From Nitrosomonas sp. (GTDB taxonomy: Bacteria > Pseudomonadota > Gammaproteobacteria > Burkholderiales > Nitrosomonadaceae), in contig JALDQW010000001.1 of NCBI GenBank assembly GCA_031316255.1, positions 1,767,485 to 1,831,484 on the forward strand: 64,000 bases of DNA, written 5' to 3'. The notes below the pieces were generated by a model. The model was not told the origin of the DNA, searched no databases, and worked only from the letters and a program-made list of their open reading frames with translations. How positions within the stretch are numbered: the stretch's first letter is position 1; every line of letters starts with the position of its first letter. A program made the translations under genes and the position numbers. Below, in pieces: positions 55,425-64,000 of this stretch.

Positions 55425-57562
55425 ACGACACGATGACGCAAAACTTACTCGTCGAGTTGCTGGTGGAAGAATTGCCACCCAAGTCACTTGAGAATCTGGC
55501 ATTAAATTTTGCCGAATTGATTGAAACAAGCTTGCGGGACCATGGTTTGATTTCGGAAGGCACCAAAAATAAAAAAGTCTATGCCACTCCTAGGCGGCTG
55601 GCTGTTTGGATCGCTGATGTCGCGTCACAGGCTGCGGATAAGTCCGTTTCGCAAAAACTCATGCCGGTGAAGGTTGGATTGGATGAACACGGGAACCCCA
55701 CGCCGCCATTGTTGAAGAAACTGGCCAATCTGGGTGCGGACGCTGCTGTTGTTTCACAACTGAAGCGTGTTCAGGACGGCAAAACAGAAACGTTATTTTT
55801 GGAGAGTGTTGTAACCGGAGTGAGCATAAAAGAAGGTCTGCAGAATGTGCTCGATATAGCCATCAATGCATTGCCGATCCCTAAAGTGATGACGTATCAA
55901 CTGTCTGACGGCTGGGACAGTGTTAATTTTGTCCGACCCGCACATGGCCTGGTTGCGCTTCACGGCGCCGATATTATACCGGTAGCGGCGTTGGGGTTGT
56001 GTTCCGGGCGTGAAACCCAGGGACACCGCTTTGCGGCAAAAAACACAACCATACAGTTGCGGGATGCAGACAGTTATGCGCAACAACTGTTGACAGAAGG
56101 CGAAGTCATCGCCGGTTTTGAAGCGCGGCAGACTGAAATCATGCGCCAATTGAATGAAGCAGCTGCGCGAGAGAACCGGGTATTGCTGCAAGACAATGCT
56201 TTGCTCAGCGAAGTGACTGCGCTGGTTGAATTGCCCAATGTGTTGGTTGGACAGTTTGAGTCTGAGTTTCTTGAAGTGCCACAGGAATGTCTGATTCTGA
56301 CGATGAAGGTTAATCAGAAATATTTTCCATTGATGGATTCCGATGGAAAACTGGCGAACAAATTCCTGCTGGTTTCCAATATCCGGCCATCCGATCCTGG
56401 CCTGGTGGTTGAAGGCAATGAACGGGTTGTGCGCTCACGTTTGGCCGATGCCAAGTTTTTCTTTGAGCAGGACCGAAAAAAAACACTGGAATCACGTCTG
56501 CCCGGACTTGATCATGTGGTATACCACAATAAACTGGGTACACAGGGCGAGCGTATCCAGAGGGTGCGCGTCATTGCCCGGTCGATCGCCTTGCTGCTCG
56601 GCGGTGAAACGCTCGCGGATGAAGCCGGTAAGACGTCGCTGTTAGCCAAAACGGACCTACTGACTGAAATGGTCGGTGAGTTTCCTGAACTGCAGGGTGT
56701 TATGGGCTATTACTATGCACTGCACGACGGACACAGCGAAACGATCGCGCATGCTATCGAGGACCATTACAAGCCGCGTTTTTCCGGCGATACGTTACCG
56801 CGCAATACTGTCGGTATCTGCGTTGCGCTTGCGGATAAACTTGAAACACTGACCGGTTTGTTCAGTATTAATCAGATTCCAACCGGTGACAAGGATCCGT
56901 TTGCATTGCGCCGCCACGCGTTGGGCGTGATTCGCATGCTGATTGAAAAAGAATTGCCCTTATCGTTGGATTTTCTGCTTAAGGAAGCCAGACTGGCGTT
57001 TGATGACAAGTACCCGGACGCAGCGGAATCCCCGTTGCAGTTTCTATACGATCGTCTGGCTGGTAGCCTGCGTGAACAAGGTTATCAGATACAGGAAATA
57101 GATGCTGTATTAAGTCTCTCGCCTAAAATGCTCCGTGACATTCCGAAAAGACTGGAAGCTGTACGGGCGTTTGAAAAGTTGCCCGAGGCAATCAGTCTCG
57201 CCGCCGCCAACAAGCGTGTAAATAATATTCTGGAAAAAGATTTCAGGGAAAAAGCCAACATTGGCTTGGGAAATCCTGGAAATATCCGGCTGGATACCGG
57301 GTTACTCAAAGAATCTGCTGAGCAGGCGCTTTATGAAAAACTGGAGACGGTAAAATCACAAGCTGATACCGCATTTGAGGCAGGCCGTTATACTGAGTCT
57401 TTGCAGGCACTGGCCGCGTTAAAGGCGCCGATCGATACCTTTTTTGACCAAGTGATGGTCAATATCGACGAAGCGGATTTGCGCGCAAACCGGCTTTGTT
57501 TATTAAACTTATTACATCAAGCCATGAATCGTGTGGCCGATTTATCCAAACTGGTTCGCTGA
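55421..57562 (+). CDS. glyS: glycyl-tRNA synthetase beta subunit
   Basis: [23 protein letters not shown] and DPFALRR motifs. Confidence 0.98.
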   Translation: MNDTMTQNLLVELLVEELPPKSLENLALNFAELIETSLRDHGLISEGTKNKKVYATPRRLAVWIADVASQAADKSVSQKLMPVKVGLDEHGNPTPPLLKKLANLGADAAVVSQLKRVQDGKTETLFLESVVTGVSIKEGLQNVLDIAINALPIPKVMTYQLSDGWDSVNFVRPAHGLVALHGADIIPVAALGLCSGRETQGHRFAAKNTTIQLRDADSYAQQLLTEGEVIAGFEARQTEIMRQLNEAAARENRVLLQDNALLSEVTALVELPNVLVGQFESEFLEVPQECLILTMKVNQKYFPLMDSDGKLANKFLLVSNIRPSDPGLVVEGNERVVRSRLADAKFFFEQDRKKTLESRLPGLDHVVYHNKLGTQGERIQRVRVIARSIALLLGGETLADEAGKTSLLAKTDLLTEMVGEFPELQGVMGYYYALHDGHSETIAHAIEDHYKPRFSGDTLPRNTVGICVALADKLETLTGLFSINQIPTGDKDPFALRRHALGVIRMLIEKELPLSLDFLLKEARLAFDDKYPDAAESPLQFLYDRLAGSLREQGYQIQEIDAVLSLSPKMLRDIPKRLEAVRAFEKLPEAISLAAANKRVNNILEKDFREKANIGLGNPGNIRLDTGLLKESAEQALYEKLETVKSQADTAFEAGRYTESLQALAALKAPIDTFFDQVMVNIDEADLRANRLCLLNLLHQAMNRVADLSKLVR

Positions 57563-57563
57563 T

Positions 57564-58103
57564 ATGAAACTGATTATTCTTGATCACAACGGTGTCATTA
57601 ACCAATGTAGCGAAACATTCATCAAAACCCCGGATGAATGGCAGCCTATTCCGGGCAGTATGGAAGCCATCGCACATTTGACGCATTCCGGCTATCGTAT
57701 TGTTACAGCCACCAATCAGTCCGGTATCGGACGAGGTTTACTCGACATGGTGACTTTTAATGCGATTAACGACAAGATGTACAAGGCGGCTGCCCAAGTG
57801 GGTGGGCGTATTGATTCCATTTTTTTCTGTCCGCACACCGGTCATGACAAATGTAAATGCCGAAAACCGAAAACAGGCATGTTTGAGGAAATCATGCAGC
57901 GTTATGGTACGGATTTAAAGAATGTACCAGTCGTTGGTGATGCACTACGCGATTTGCAGGCAGCCGATGCAGTCGATGCATTACCCGTTCTGCTGTTGAC
58001 CGGAAAAGGCAGGGCTACTCTGGAACAAGACGAATTACCCCCGCGAACACGGGTGTTTGATGACTTGTCTGCTGCAGTTGACGCGATTGTGGGACCGACT
58101 TGA
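57564..58103 (+). CDS. gmhB: D-glycero-D-manno-heptose 1,7-bisphosphate phosphatase homolog
   Basis: ATNQSGIGRG, CPH....CKCRKPKTG and GD motifs; conserved position after glyS; motif I reads DHNG. Confidence 0.88.
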   Translation: MKLIILDHNGVINQCSETFIKTPDEWQPIPGSMEAIAHLTHSGYRIVTATNQSGIGRGLLDMVTFNAINDKMYKAAAQVGGRIDSIFFCPHTGHDKCKCRKPKTGMFEEIMQRYGTDLKNVPVVGDALRDLQAADAVDALPVLLLTGKGRATLEQDELPPRTRVFDDLSAAVDAIVGPT

Positions 58104-58867
58104 TGATGGCTTTGCTGCGTTCTACACTTTATATGCTGTTGCTTGTAATCATAACGCCGCCATACGCGATTTTTACGCTGGCCTGTTTTCCGCTCTCAGC
58201 GCATGCACGTTACCGGGTGACTTCAACGTGGACACGCATTATTCTATTTTTGTTGCATCATATTTGCGGCCTGCGTTACCGGATTCTGGGCGCGGAAAAT
58301 ATCCCAAAGACGCCGAGTATTGTGTTGTCTAAGCATCAGTCAGCCTGGGAAACACTGGCATTCCAGAAAATCTTTCCGCCGCAGGTATGGGTGCTGAAAA
58401 AAGAACTTTTGCGTATCCCTTTTTTTGGTTGGGGATTGGCCATGACAAGTCCGATTGCGATTGATCGCAGCGCAGGCAGGAGTGCTTTGGATCAAGTAGT
58501 TGACCAGGGTCAGGACCGATTAAAGAATGGTTTCTGGGTGGTGATTTTCCCGGAAGGTACGCGAATCCCGCCGGGCAAGAAAGGAAGATACCGCATTGGC
58601 GGTGCGTGGCTGGCTACGCATACCAATACACTTGTAGTGCCTGTGGCGCATAATGCAGGTGAATTCTGGGCAAGGAATGCATTTATAAAAAAACCAGGTG
58701 TCATTACCGTTAGTATCGGCAAACCGATCGACCCGACAGGAATGGAAGCCAACGCACTTAATGAACAGGTGGAAAACTGGATTGAAACCGAGGTGGCGCG
58801 CATCAGTCAAAGAAAAACGGCTGCGGTAGCAACCATTACCGATGATAACAAAGCCAACACCATGTAG
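58100..58867 (+). CDS. plsC: 1-acyl-sn-glycerol-3-phosphate acyltransferase
   Basis: KHQSAWET, FPEGTR and VPVAHNAG motifs. Confidence 0.92.
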   Translation: MMMALLRSTLYMLLLVIITPPYAIFTLACFPLSAHARYRVTSTWTRIILFLLHHICGLRYRILGAENIPKTPSIVLSKHQSAWETLAFQKIFPPQVWVLKKELLRIPFFGWGLAMTSPIAIDRSAGRSALDQVVDQGQDRLKNGFWVVIFPEGTRIPPGKKGRYRIGGAWLATHTNTLVVPVAHNAGEFWARNAFIKKPGVITVSIGKPIDPTGMEANALNEQVENWIETEVARISQRKTAAVATITDDNKANTM

Positions 58868-58869
58868 TC

Positions 58870-59595
58870 ATGTTGCAACGGATTTGTCTGGCAGGTCAGG
58901 CTATCGATTACCGGTTAAAGCGCACCCGACGCAGAACGATTGGCTTGAAAATTGACCATGAAGGGTTGCAGGTTTCTGTTCCGTTCGATTTTCCGCGTGG
59001 TTATCCCTATGCTCAAATTGATATGCTGTTACAGTCCAGAGCTGATTGGATACTCAAGAAGCTTGACGCATGGCAAAACAAAAAACAGTTGAATCATGCC
59101 GGGGCACTGCAGAACCAAGCGCTGTATCCTCTGCTCGGCGATTTATGGAGACCAGAGATAGAGATATCGGGTCAGATTCAAATGGTGCCTGTAGTGGGCA
59201 ACGGGACAACAAAACCACCCGATTTGGCACTCCAGATTACCCCCGAACAATTGCAGAAATGGATTCATGCATGGTATCGGCAACAGGCCCTGATTTGTTT
59301 TGGCGAACGCATCGAGCTTTATGCGGATAAACTCGGGGTACCCAAACCGCCATTCAAGCTGTCAAACGCCAAAACGCGATGGGGCAGTTGCAATAGCCGC
59401 GGAATGGTTCGGTTGAACTGGCGTCTTGTTCAATTGCCGTTACATGTAGTCGATTATGTTGTTGCGCATGAGCTGTGTCATTTGATCGAAATGAATCATT
59501 CGCCCAGATTCTGGCAACGTGTTGCCGCTATTTATCCGGATTATCAACGGGCGCGTGCAAAGCTAAGAGAATGCCAATTTATCCATCTCATCTAA
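58870..59595 (+). CDS. M48/YgjP (DUF45) family metal-dependent hydrolase
   Basis: RWGSCN, LNWRL and VVAHELCHLIEMNHS (HExxH). Confidence 0.9.
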   Translation: MLQRICLAGQAIDYRLKRTRRRTIGLKIDHEGLQVSVPFDFPRGYPYAQIDMLLQSRADWILKKLDAWQNKKQLNHAGALQNQALYPLLGDLWRPEIEISGQIQMVPVVGNGTTKPPDLALQITPEQLQKWIHAWYRQQALICFGERIELYADKLGVPKPPFKLSNAKTRWGSCNSRGMVRLNWRLVQLPLHVVDYVVAHELCHLIEMNHSPRFWQRVAAIYPDYQRARAKLRECQFIHLI

Positions 59596-59631
59596 CCGGA
59601 CCGATAATTTGCTTGCCGGGGAATGAAGTCA

Positions 59632-60963
59632 TCAATCAATTGTTTGCAGAAATGATTGATTATTGAGTCGAAGTCCGAGTTTGATTAACTCGGTATGCGG
59701 CATGCCGTTTCCTATGAGGTAGCCCTGTACAGCGTCACAACCTAGCGTTTGTAGGCGTTCATAAGTGGCCCGATTTTCTACACCTTCAGCAATGATATGC
59801 AAGTCAAGCTGATGACCTAAATTGATCATCGAACTCACTATGCGTTCGTGAACTGATTGCGTTAACATGTCTTTAACAAACATCTTGTCGATTTTTATTT
59901 CGTCCAGGGGCAATTGCAGCAAGCGCTCCATTGAAGAATAACCTGTTCCGAAATCATCCATTGCCAGCTTGAATCCGATATTTTTGAGTTCGTGCAGCGT
60001 TTCCAAAGAACCGGGTTGATTTTCCATAATGGTTGTTTCAGTCAATTCGATCATGACATTTTCTGGAGAAACTCCCCATATATTCACAGCCTGTTCAATC
60101 AGTTCGACCAGTTCCAGATCGCTTAAATCACTTGCCGACAAATTGACTGAAACACCTGTATTCATACCCGCCTTACGGTATTCTGCGCATTGTCGTAACG
60201 CAGTGTTAAAAACCCATAGTGTCAGTTTGGTCATCAATTCCGTTCCTTCGGCAACATGGATCAGTTTCTCGGGCGGAATAAACCCTCTTGTCGGATGGTT
60301 CCAGCGCAATAATGCTTCAGCCGACCGGAGCTTTCCTGTGGCTGTCCATAATTGCGGTTGATAGACCAGCTGCAGGTCGCCTGTTTCAATCGCGCGGTCA
60401 AGTTCTGACCAAGTATCTATACCGGAAAGAATCTGGTTTTTTTCTTTTTCGTCAAATAATTGAATCGATTCTCTATTGCGTTTGGCATGATGAAGCGCTG
60501 AACTTGCATTACTCATGAGCTGTTTGAGATCACCGCTATGAGTGCTATTGAGCGCGATGCCGATACGCGGCAATAAAGTGATGCGGCGATTATTGAATTG
60601 ATGCGGTTGTGTAAAGATACGTATGATTTTGTGTGCGGCCAGTATTGCGTGATTGGCCGTGAGCAGATCGGAAAACAGACAACAGATCTGGTAACGCCCG
60701 GCCGGGCCGACAATATCCGTAGTGTTCAATGCATCGACCATTTGCTGGATCAACTGGCCGAGTATTTCATCAACTTCTGTATAGCCCAGAATCCCGTCAA
60801 GTGCAGGAAGTCCTTCCAGTTCTACCACTATGACGGCACTGTGAAGATCCGTATTGTTGGCATCGAATAGTGTTTTTGATGCAATACTTAGAAAGTCTTG
60901 ATAGCTATGAATTGTCATGAATTGATTGACCGATATTTCATAAATAGTATTTTTTGATATCAA
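59632..60963 (-). CDS. EAL phosphodiesterase with a degenerate GGDEF domain
   Basis: YQPQ, AEALLRW, IELTE, DDFGTGYSS, KIDK and AEGVE are intact; the GGDEF position reads AGRYQ. Confidence 0.9.
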   Translation of the reverse strand: MISKNTIYEISVNQFMTIHSYQDFLSIASKTLFDANNTDLHSAVIVVELEGLPALDGILGYTEVDEILGQLIQQMVDALNTTDIVGPAGRYQICCLFSDLLTANHAILAAHKIIRIFTQPHQFNNRRITLLPRIGIALNSTHSGDLKQLMSNASSALHHAKRNRESIQLFDEKEKNQILSGIDTWSELDRAIETGDLQLVYQPQLWTATGKLRSAEALLRWNHPTRGFIPPEKLIHVAEGTELMTKLTLWVFNTALRQCAEYRKAGMNTGVSVNLSASDLSDLELVELIEQAVNIWGVSPENVMIELTETTIMENQPGSLETLHELKNIGFKLAMDDFGTGYSSMERLLQLPLDEIKIDKMFVKDMLTQSVHERIVSSMINLGHQLDLHIIAEGVENRATYERLQTLGCDAVQGYLIGNGMPHTELIKLGLRLNNQSFLQTID

Positions 60964-62224
60964 TGTTATAGGCGCCGTGAGGCAGATCCTGCACGATGGT
61001 ATATGGAATACCGTCAGGGCCGGGTTTCAGTAATTTTAAATCGCGTGTTTCGGGGCTGTCATAAGGTTTTTTATTCGTATCAAGCACAACCATGACTTCT
61101 GGCAAAGATCTTTTGGAACGGCTGTGCGTTAATACAATGGCCACTTCGCCACTATTGAGTTCCACCAGGCTTCCGACCGGAAAAAAACCGACGCAATGCG
61201 CAAATTGTTCGACCAGCGTTGCATTCAACCCGTAGCTCGATTGCTTCTTGAGGAGATTAAAGACCTGAGATGTTTTTGGCGTCGGCGAGTTTGGTTGCGA
61301 TCTGACAAGCTCCTGGTAACTATCGACGATTGCGGCCATGCGGGCATAGGTATTTAGTTGATTGGCATTGAGTCCGCGGGGATAGCCGCTGCCATCTTCC
61401 CGCTCATGGTGTTGTGAAACGATATCAAATACTGCTTCAGGAATATCTCCCGATTGCTTGATAATTGTTTCACCGTGCGTGACATGTTTTTTGAGCTGTG
61501 TGAGTTCTTCAGCGTCAAGAAAATCAACTTTTGCCGTTATCTCGGCAGGAACACGTAATTTTCCGATATCCATAAGCAACCCGCCCAGTCCGAGCAAGGA
61601 GAGCTCCGCGCGTGGAAGACCCAGATGCCGGCCAAAAGCAAGCAGAAGAATTGAATTATTCACTGCATTGTCGTAAAGCAGTTCTCCTGATGACTTAAGT
61701 TGCGCGAGCAACAGCATCGCATCAGGATTGCGCACAATGCTGTCGCTCATTGCGTAGACAGCATTTCGCGCATCCCGCACCTCGATATTGTTGCTGTGTT
61801 CGTAGTTTGTCCTGATTGCCTTGATAACTTCCTGCGCGATATGATGCACCTTGGCGGCGACTGGAAGTTCTTCTTCAACAGTACGCGTATCGGTATAGAT
61901 TTGACTGCCATGAAAAGGTGTCTTTTCAACAGCGGCTCTGGGCGTTTTATAGGCTCGTGGAGAAGTTTTTTTTGTTTCGTGGATTTTTACTGTATTCAAT
62001 GTGCAGGAACTGTATTTCTTGACGATATGCGATTCGCTTTTGTTGAAATCGACATAAACAAATACACAGTGACGTTCTAACTCTAAAATGTCCTCCATGG
62101 TTTTAATCAGAATCCCCTGGATCGAGTAAGGTGTTTCCAGCCAGGGGCGGTCAAGCTTGCTGACATACATTCCGAATCTCAACTCCCGAACTCTTATTTT
62201 GTAGATGGATTGGCTGGTACCCAT
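60938..62224 (-). CDS. DUF3391 / HD-GYP domain protein with degenerate metal ligands
   Basis: LRFGMYVSKLDRPWLETP, HHEREDGSGYPRGL and PVGSLVELN; the HD position reads MD. Confidence 0.88.
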   Translation of the reverse strand: MGTSQSIYKIRVRELRFGMYVSKLDRPWLETPYSIQGILIKTMEDILELERHCVFVYVDFNKSESHIVKKYSSCTLNTVKIHETKKTSPRAYKTPRAAVEKTPFHGSQIYTDTRTVEEELPVAAKVHHIAQEVIKAIRTNYEHSNNIEVRDARNAVYAMSDSIVRNPDAMLLLAQLKSSGELLYDNAVNNSILLLAFGRHLGLPRAELSLLGLGGLLMDIGKLRVPAEITAKVDFLDAEELTQLKKHVTHGETIIKQSGDIPEAVFDIVSQHHEREDGSGYPRGLNANQLNTYARMAAIVDSYQELVRSQPNSPTPKTSQVFNLLKKQSSYGLNATLVEQFAHCVGFFPVGSLVELNSGEVAIVLTHSRSKRSLPEVMVVLDTNKKPYDSPETRDLKLLKPGPDGIPYTIVQDLPHGAYNIDIKKYYL

Positions 62225-62755
62225 TCAGCACCTGTTGAAAAAGCAATTGCGAGCAATCTTGAAGCAAAACATAGGGCATTGATAGCTTAAATACAAATGA
62301 TGCATTATTTTAATCGTTTCAATAAATTGAGCTTTTTTGACTTGTTGGTATCAATGTCGGTTTATAATTCAATATACTGCTGTATCGGTGTTGGTGTACA
62401 TTCAAACGCACGTGCTGTGTTGTGTTTTTTTCAGCGCTTTCCAACAATAGTTATACCTGAAAATTGCCAGAACAAAATGAAGAAAAGAAGTTACAAAACG
62501 ATCATTTCTCGCTTGTTTGATATCGATCGATGCTTTTTTACTGAATTCATTGGTGCGGATTGTCAGCATATGCCCATTGCAGTGTGTTGTGCTGAGTACA
62601 GAGCGACGTATGACTATCAGTCATTCTGGGATAAAAGAAAGGAGTGTGTTATGGTCAAAAATTTGTCTCCTGTTTCGATCATTCAGTGTCCCTCCGGAAC
62701 TTCTTGAAATGTATCGATTCAAAAAATCCGGAAACATATAAAAAGCACATAAAAA

Positions 62756-63739
62756 ATGACAAATAATAAGATTTGCAGACAAGCATTTACGCAGCTTTAC
62801 CATGATATCGAGCAACAGATTGTCGGTCAGCAGGCATTGGTGCAGCGCCTTTTGCTGACATTGTTATGCGATGGCCATTTGTTGCTGGAAGGTGCGCCTG
62901 GTTTGGCCAAGACGCGCGCGATCAAGTCTCTGGCGAGTGGTCTGGAAGCCGATTTTCATCGTATACAATTTACGCCCGATTTGTTGCCAGCGGATTTAAC
63001 CGGCAGCGACGTTTTTCATCCGGAAACCGGCAGTTTCACCTTTAATAAAGGGCCACTGTTTCATAATGTGATACTCGCCGATGAAATCAACCGTGCGCCT
63101 GCCAAGGTGCAGTCTGCTTTGCTCGAAGCGATGGAAGAGCGGCAGATTACAGTCGGTGCAGCCAGTTATCCATTGCCGCCGTTATTTATGGTCATGGCTA
63201 CGCAAAACCCGATTGAGCAGGAAGGCACTTACCCGTTGCCTGAAGCGCAGCTGGACCGTTTTCTGTTGCATGTGCGCGTGGATTATCCGGATAAAAACGC
63301 CAGCCGTAGGATCCTGCAACTGGTGCGTCATGAGACCCTGTGTTCGCTGGATCGTAAAGCGCCTTATTCGCTCAGTAAATTGACACAGGAACAAGTTTTC
63401 ACGGCCCGGCGTGAAATCATGCAGTTGCATCTGGCCGAAGCGGTTGAGGAATATATCGTTGAAATCATCGAAACAACCCGCAATCCCGCGCAATATGGGC
63501 AAGAGTTGTCCAGCTGGATTCGGTGGGGTGCGAGTCCGCGCGGCGCCATTGCCATTGAACGTGCTGCGCGCGCCACGGCTTGGCTGGCTGAGCGGGATTT
63601 TGTGACGCCTGAAGACGTGCAAAAAGTCGCAGCGGATGCATTGCGGCACAGAATTTTGTTGAATTATGAAGCAGAAGCGGAAGGCATCACTTCCCAGCAG
63701 TGTATTGACCAGATTTTAGTCAACGTACCGTCGCCATGA
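62756..63739 (+). CDS. moxR: MoxR-family AAA+ ATPase
   Basis: EGAPGLAKT, QFTPDLLPAD, DEINRAPAKVQSALL and QLDRF motifs. Confidence 0.95.
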   Translation: MTNNKICRQAFTQLYHDIEQQIVGQQALVQRLLLTLLCDGHLLLEGAPGLAKTRAIKSLASGLEADFHRIQFTPDLLPADLTGSDVFHPETGSFTFNKGPLFHNVILADEINRAPAKVQSALLEAMEERQITVGAASYPLPPLFMVMATQNPIEQEGTYPLPEAQLDRFLLHVRVDYPDKNASRRILQLVRHETLCSLDRKAPYSLSKLTQEQVFTARREIMQLHLAEAVEEYIVEIIETTRNPAQYGQELSSWIRWGASPRGAIAIERAARATAWLAERDFVTPEDVQKVAADALRHRILLNYEAEAEGITSQQCIDQILVNVPSP

Positions 63740-64000
63740 GCGAAGGCACCGCGCTGGAATTAAACGCCTTGATCCGGTTGCGTGCAACAGCGCGCGGCTT
63801 GGAACTCGGCGCGCGCAGGCGCGTATTGTCGGCGCAGGCGGGCGGTTATCTTTCGGTGTACCATGGCCGCGGGATGGAGTTCGATGAAGTGCGCGCGTAT
63901 CAACCTGGCGATGATGCGCGAACAATTGACTGGCGCGTAACCGCGCGACGCGGACGTCCGCATACCAAGCTTTTTCGTGAAGAACGCGAGCGCCCGGTAA
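63736..64000 (+). CDS. DUF58 protein (5' part, runs off the window)
   Basis: Manual translation ...GRGMEFDEVRAYQPGDDARTIDWRVTAR...KLFREERERPV; ATGA overlap with moxR. Confidence 0.92.
   Translation, partial: MSEGTALELNALIRLRATARGLELGARRRVLSAQAGGYLSVYHGRGMEFDEVRAYQPGDDARTIDWRVTARRGRPHTKLFREERERPV

Noticed and set aside
62225-62755. c-di-GMP riboswitch or real CDS in the long spacer (136-aa ORF; 18-aa MVKNLSP... ORF with an AAGGAG RBS)
   Set aside because: No GEMM consensus recognised; the ORFs have no protein-like features or family match.

Overview
Chromosomal window from a betaproteobacterium; gene set, gene order and protein style suggest a Nitrosomonas-like organism (inference, not a database result). 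Housekeeping blocks are purL-nnr, ygfZ, zapD, maf-yceD-rpmF-plsX-fabHDG-acpP-fabF-mltG, glyQS-gmhB-plsC-M48 and the start of a moxR-DUF58 cluster. Accessory content includes an N-type F-ATPase operon lacking atpR, with a c subunit that has lost Na+ ligands; a divergent TonB-dependent receptor / YfiR / YfiN-like-sensor hybrid kinase module, plus an orphan receptor paralog 28 kb away; three c-di-GMP genes (a haem-c DUF3365 diguanylate cyclase, an EAL protein, a degenerate HD-GYP); a YeiH-small protein-USP operon; a GT2-GtrA-GT-C fusion; secreted RNase T2 and EEP enzymes; and two IS elements (IS1202/ISNCY-type with no target duplication, IS256 with an 8-bp duplication). The most unusual non-coding structure is a 1.6-kb segment (37587-39189) bounded by ~45-bp inverted repeats. 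It holds arrays of GGGGTC(AGGTC)TTGCA / TGCAAGACC..TGACCCC REP-like motifs and one AT-rich lipoprotein gene, with no transposase. No tRNA, rRNA or CRISPR array was seen.
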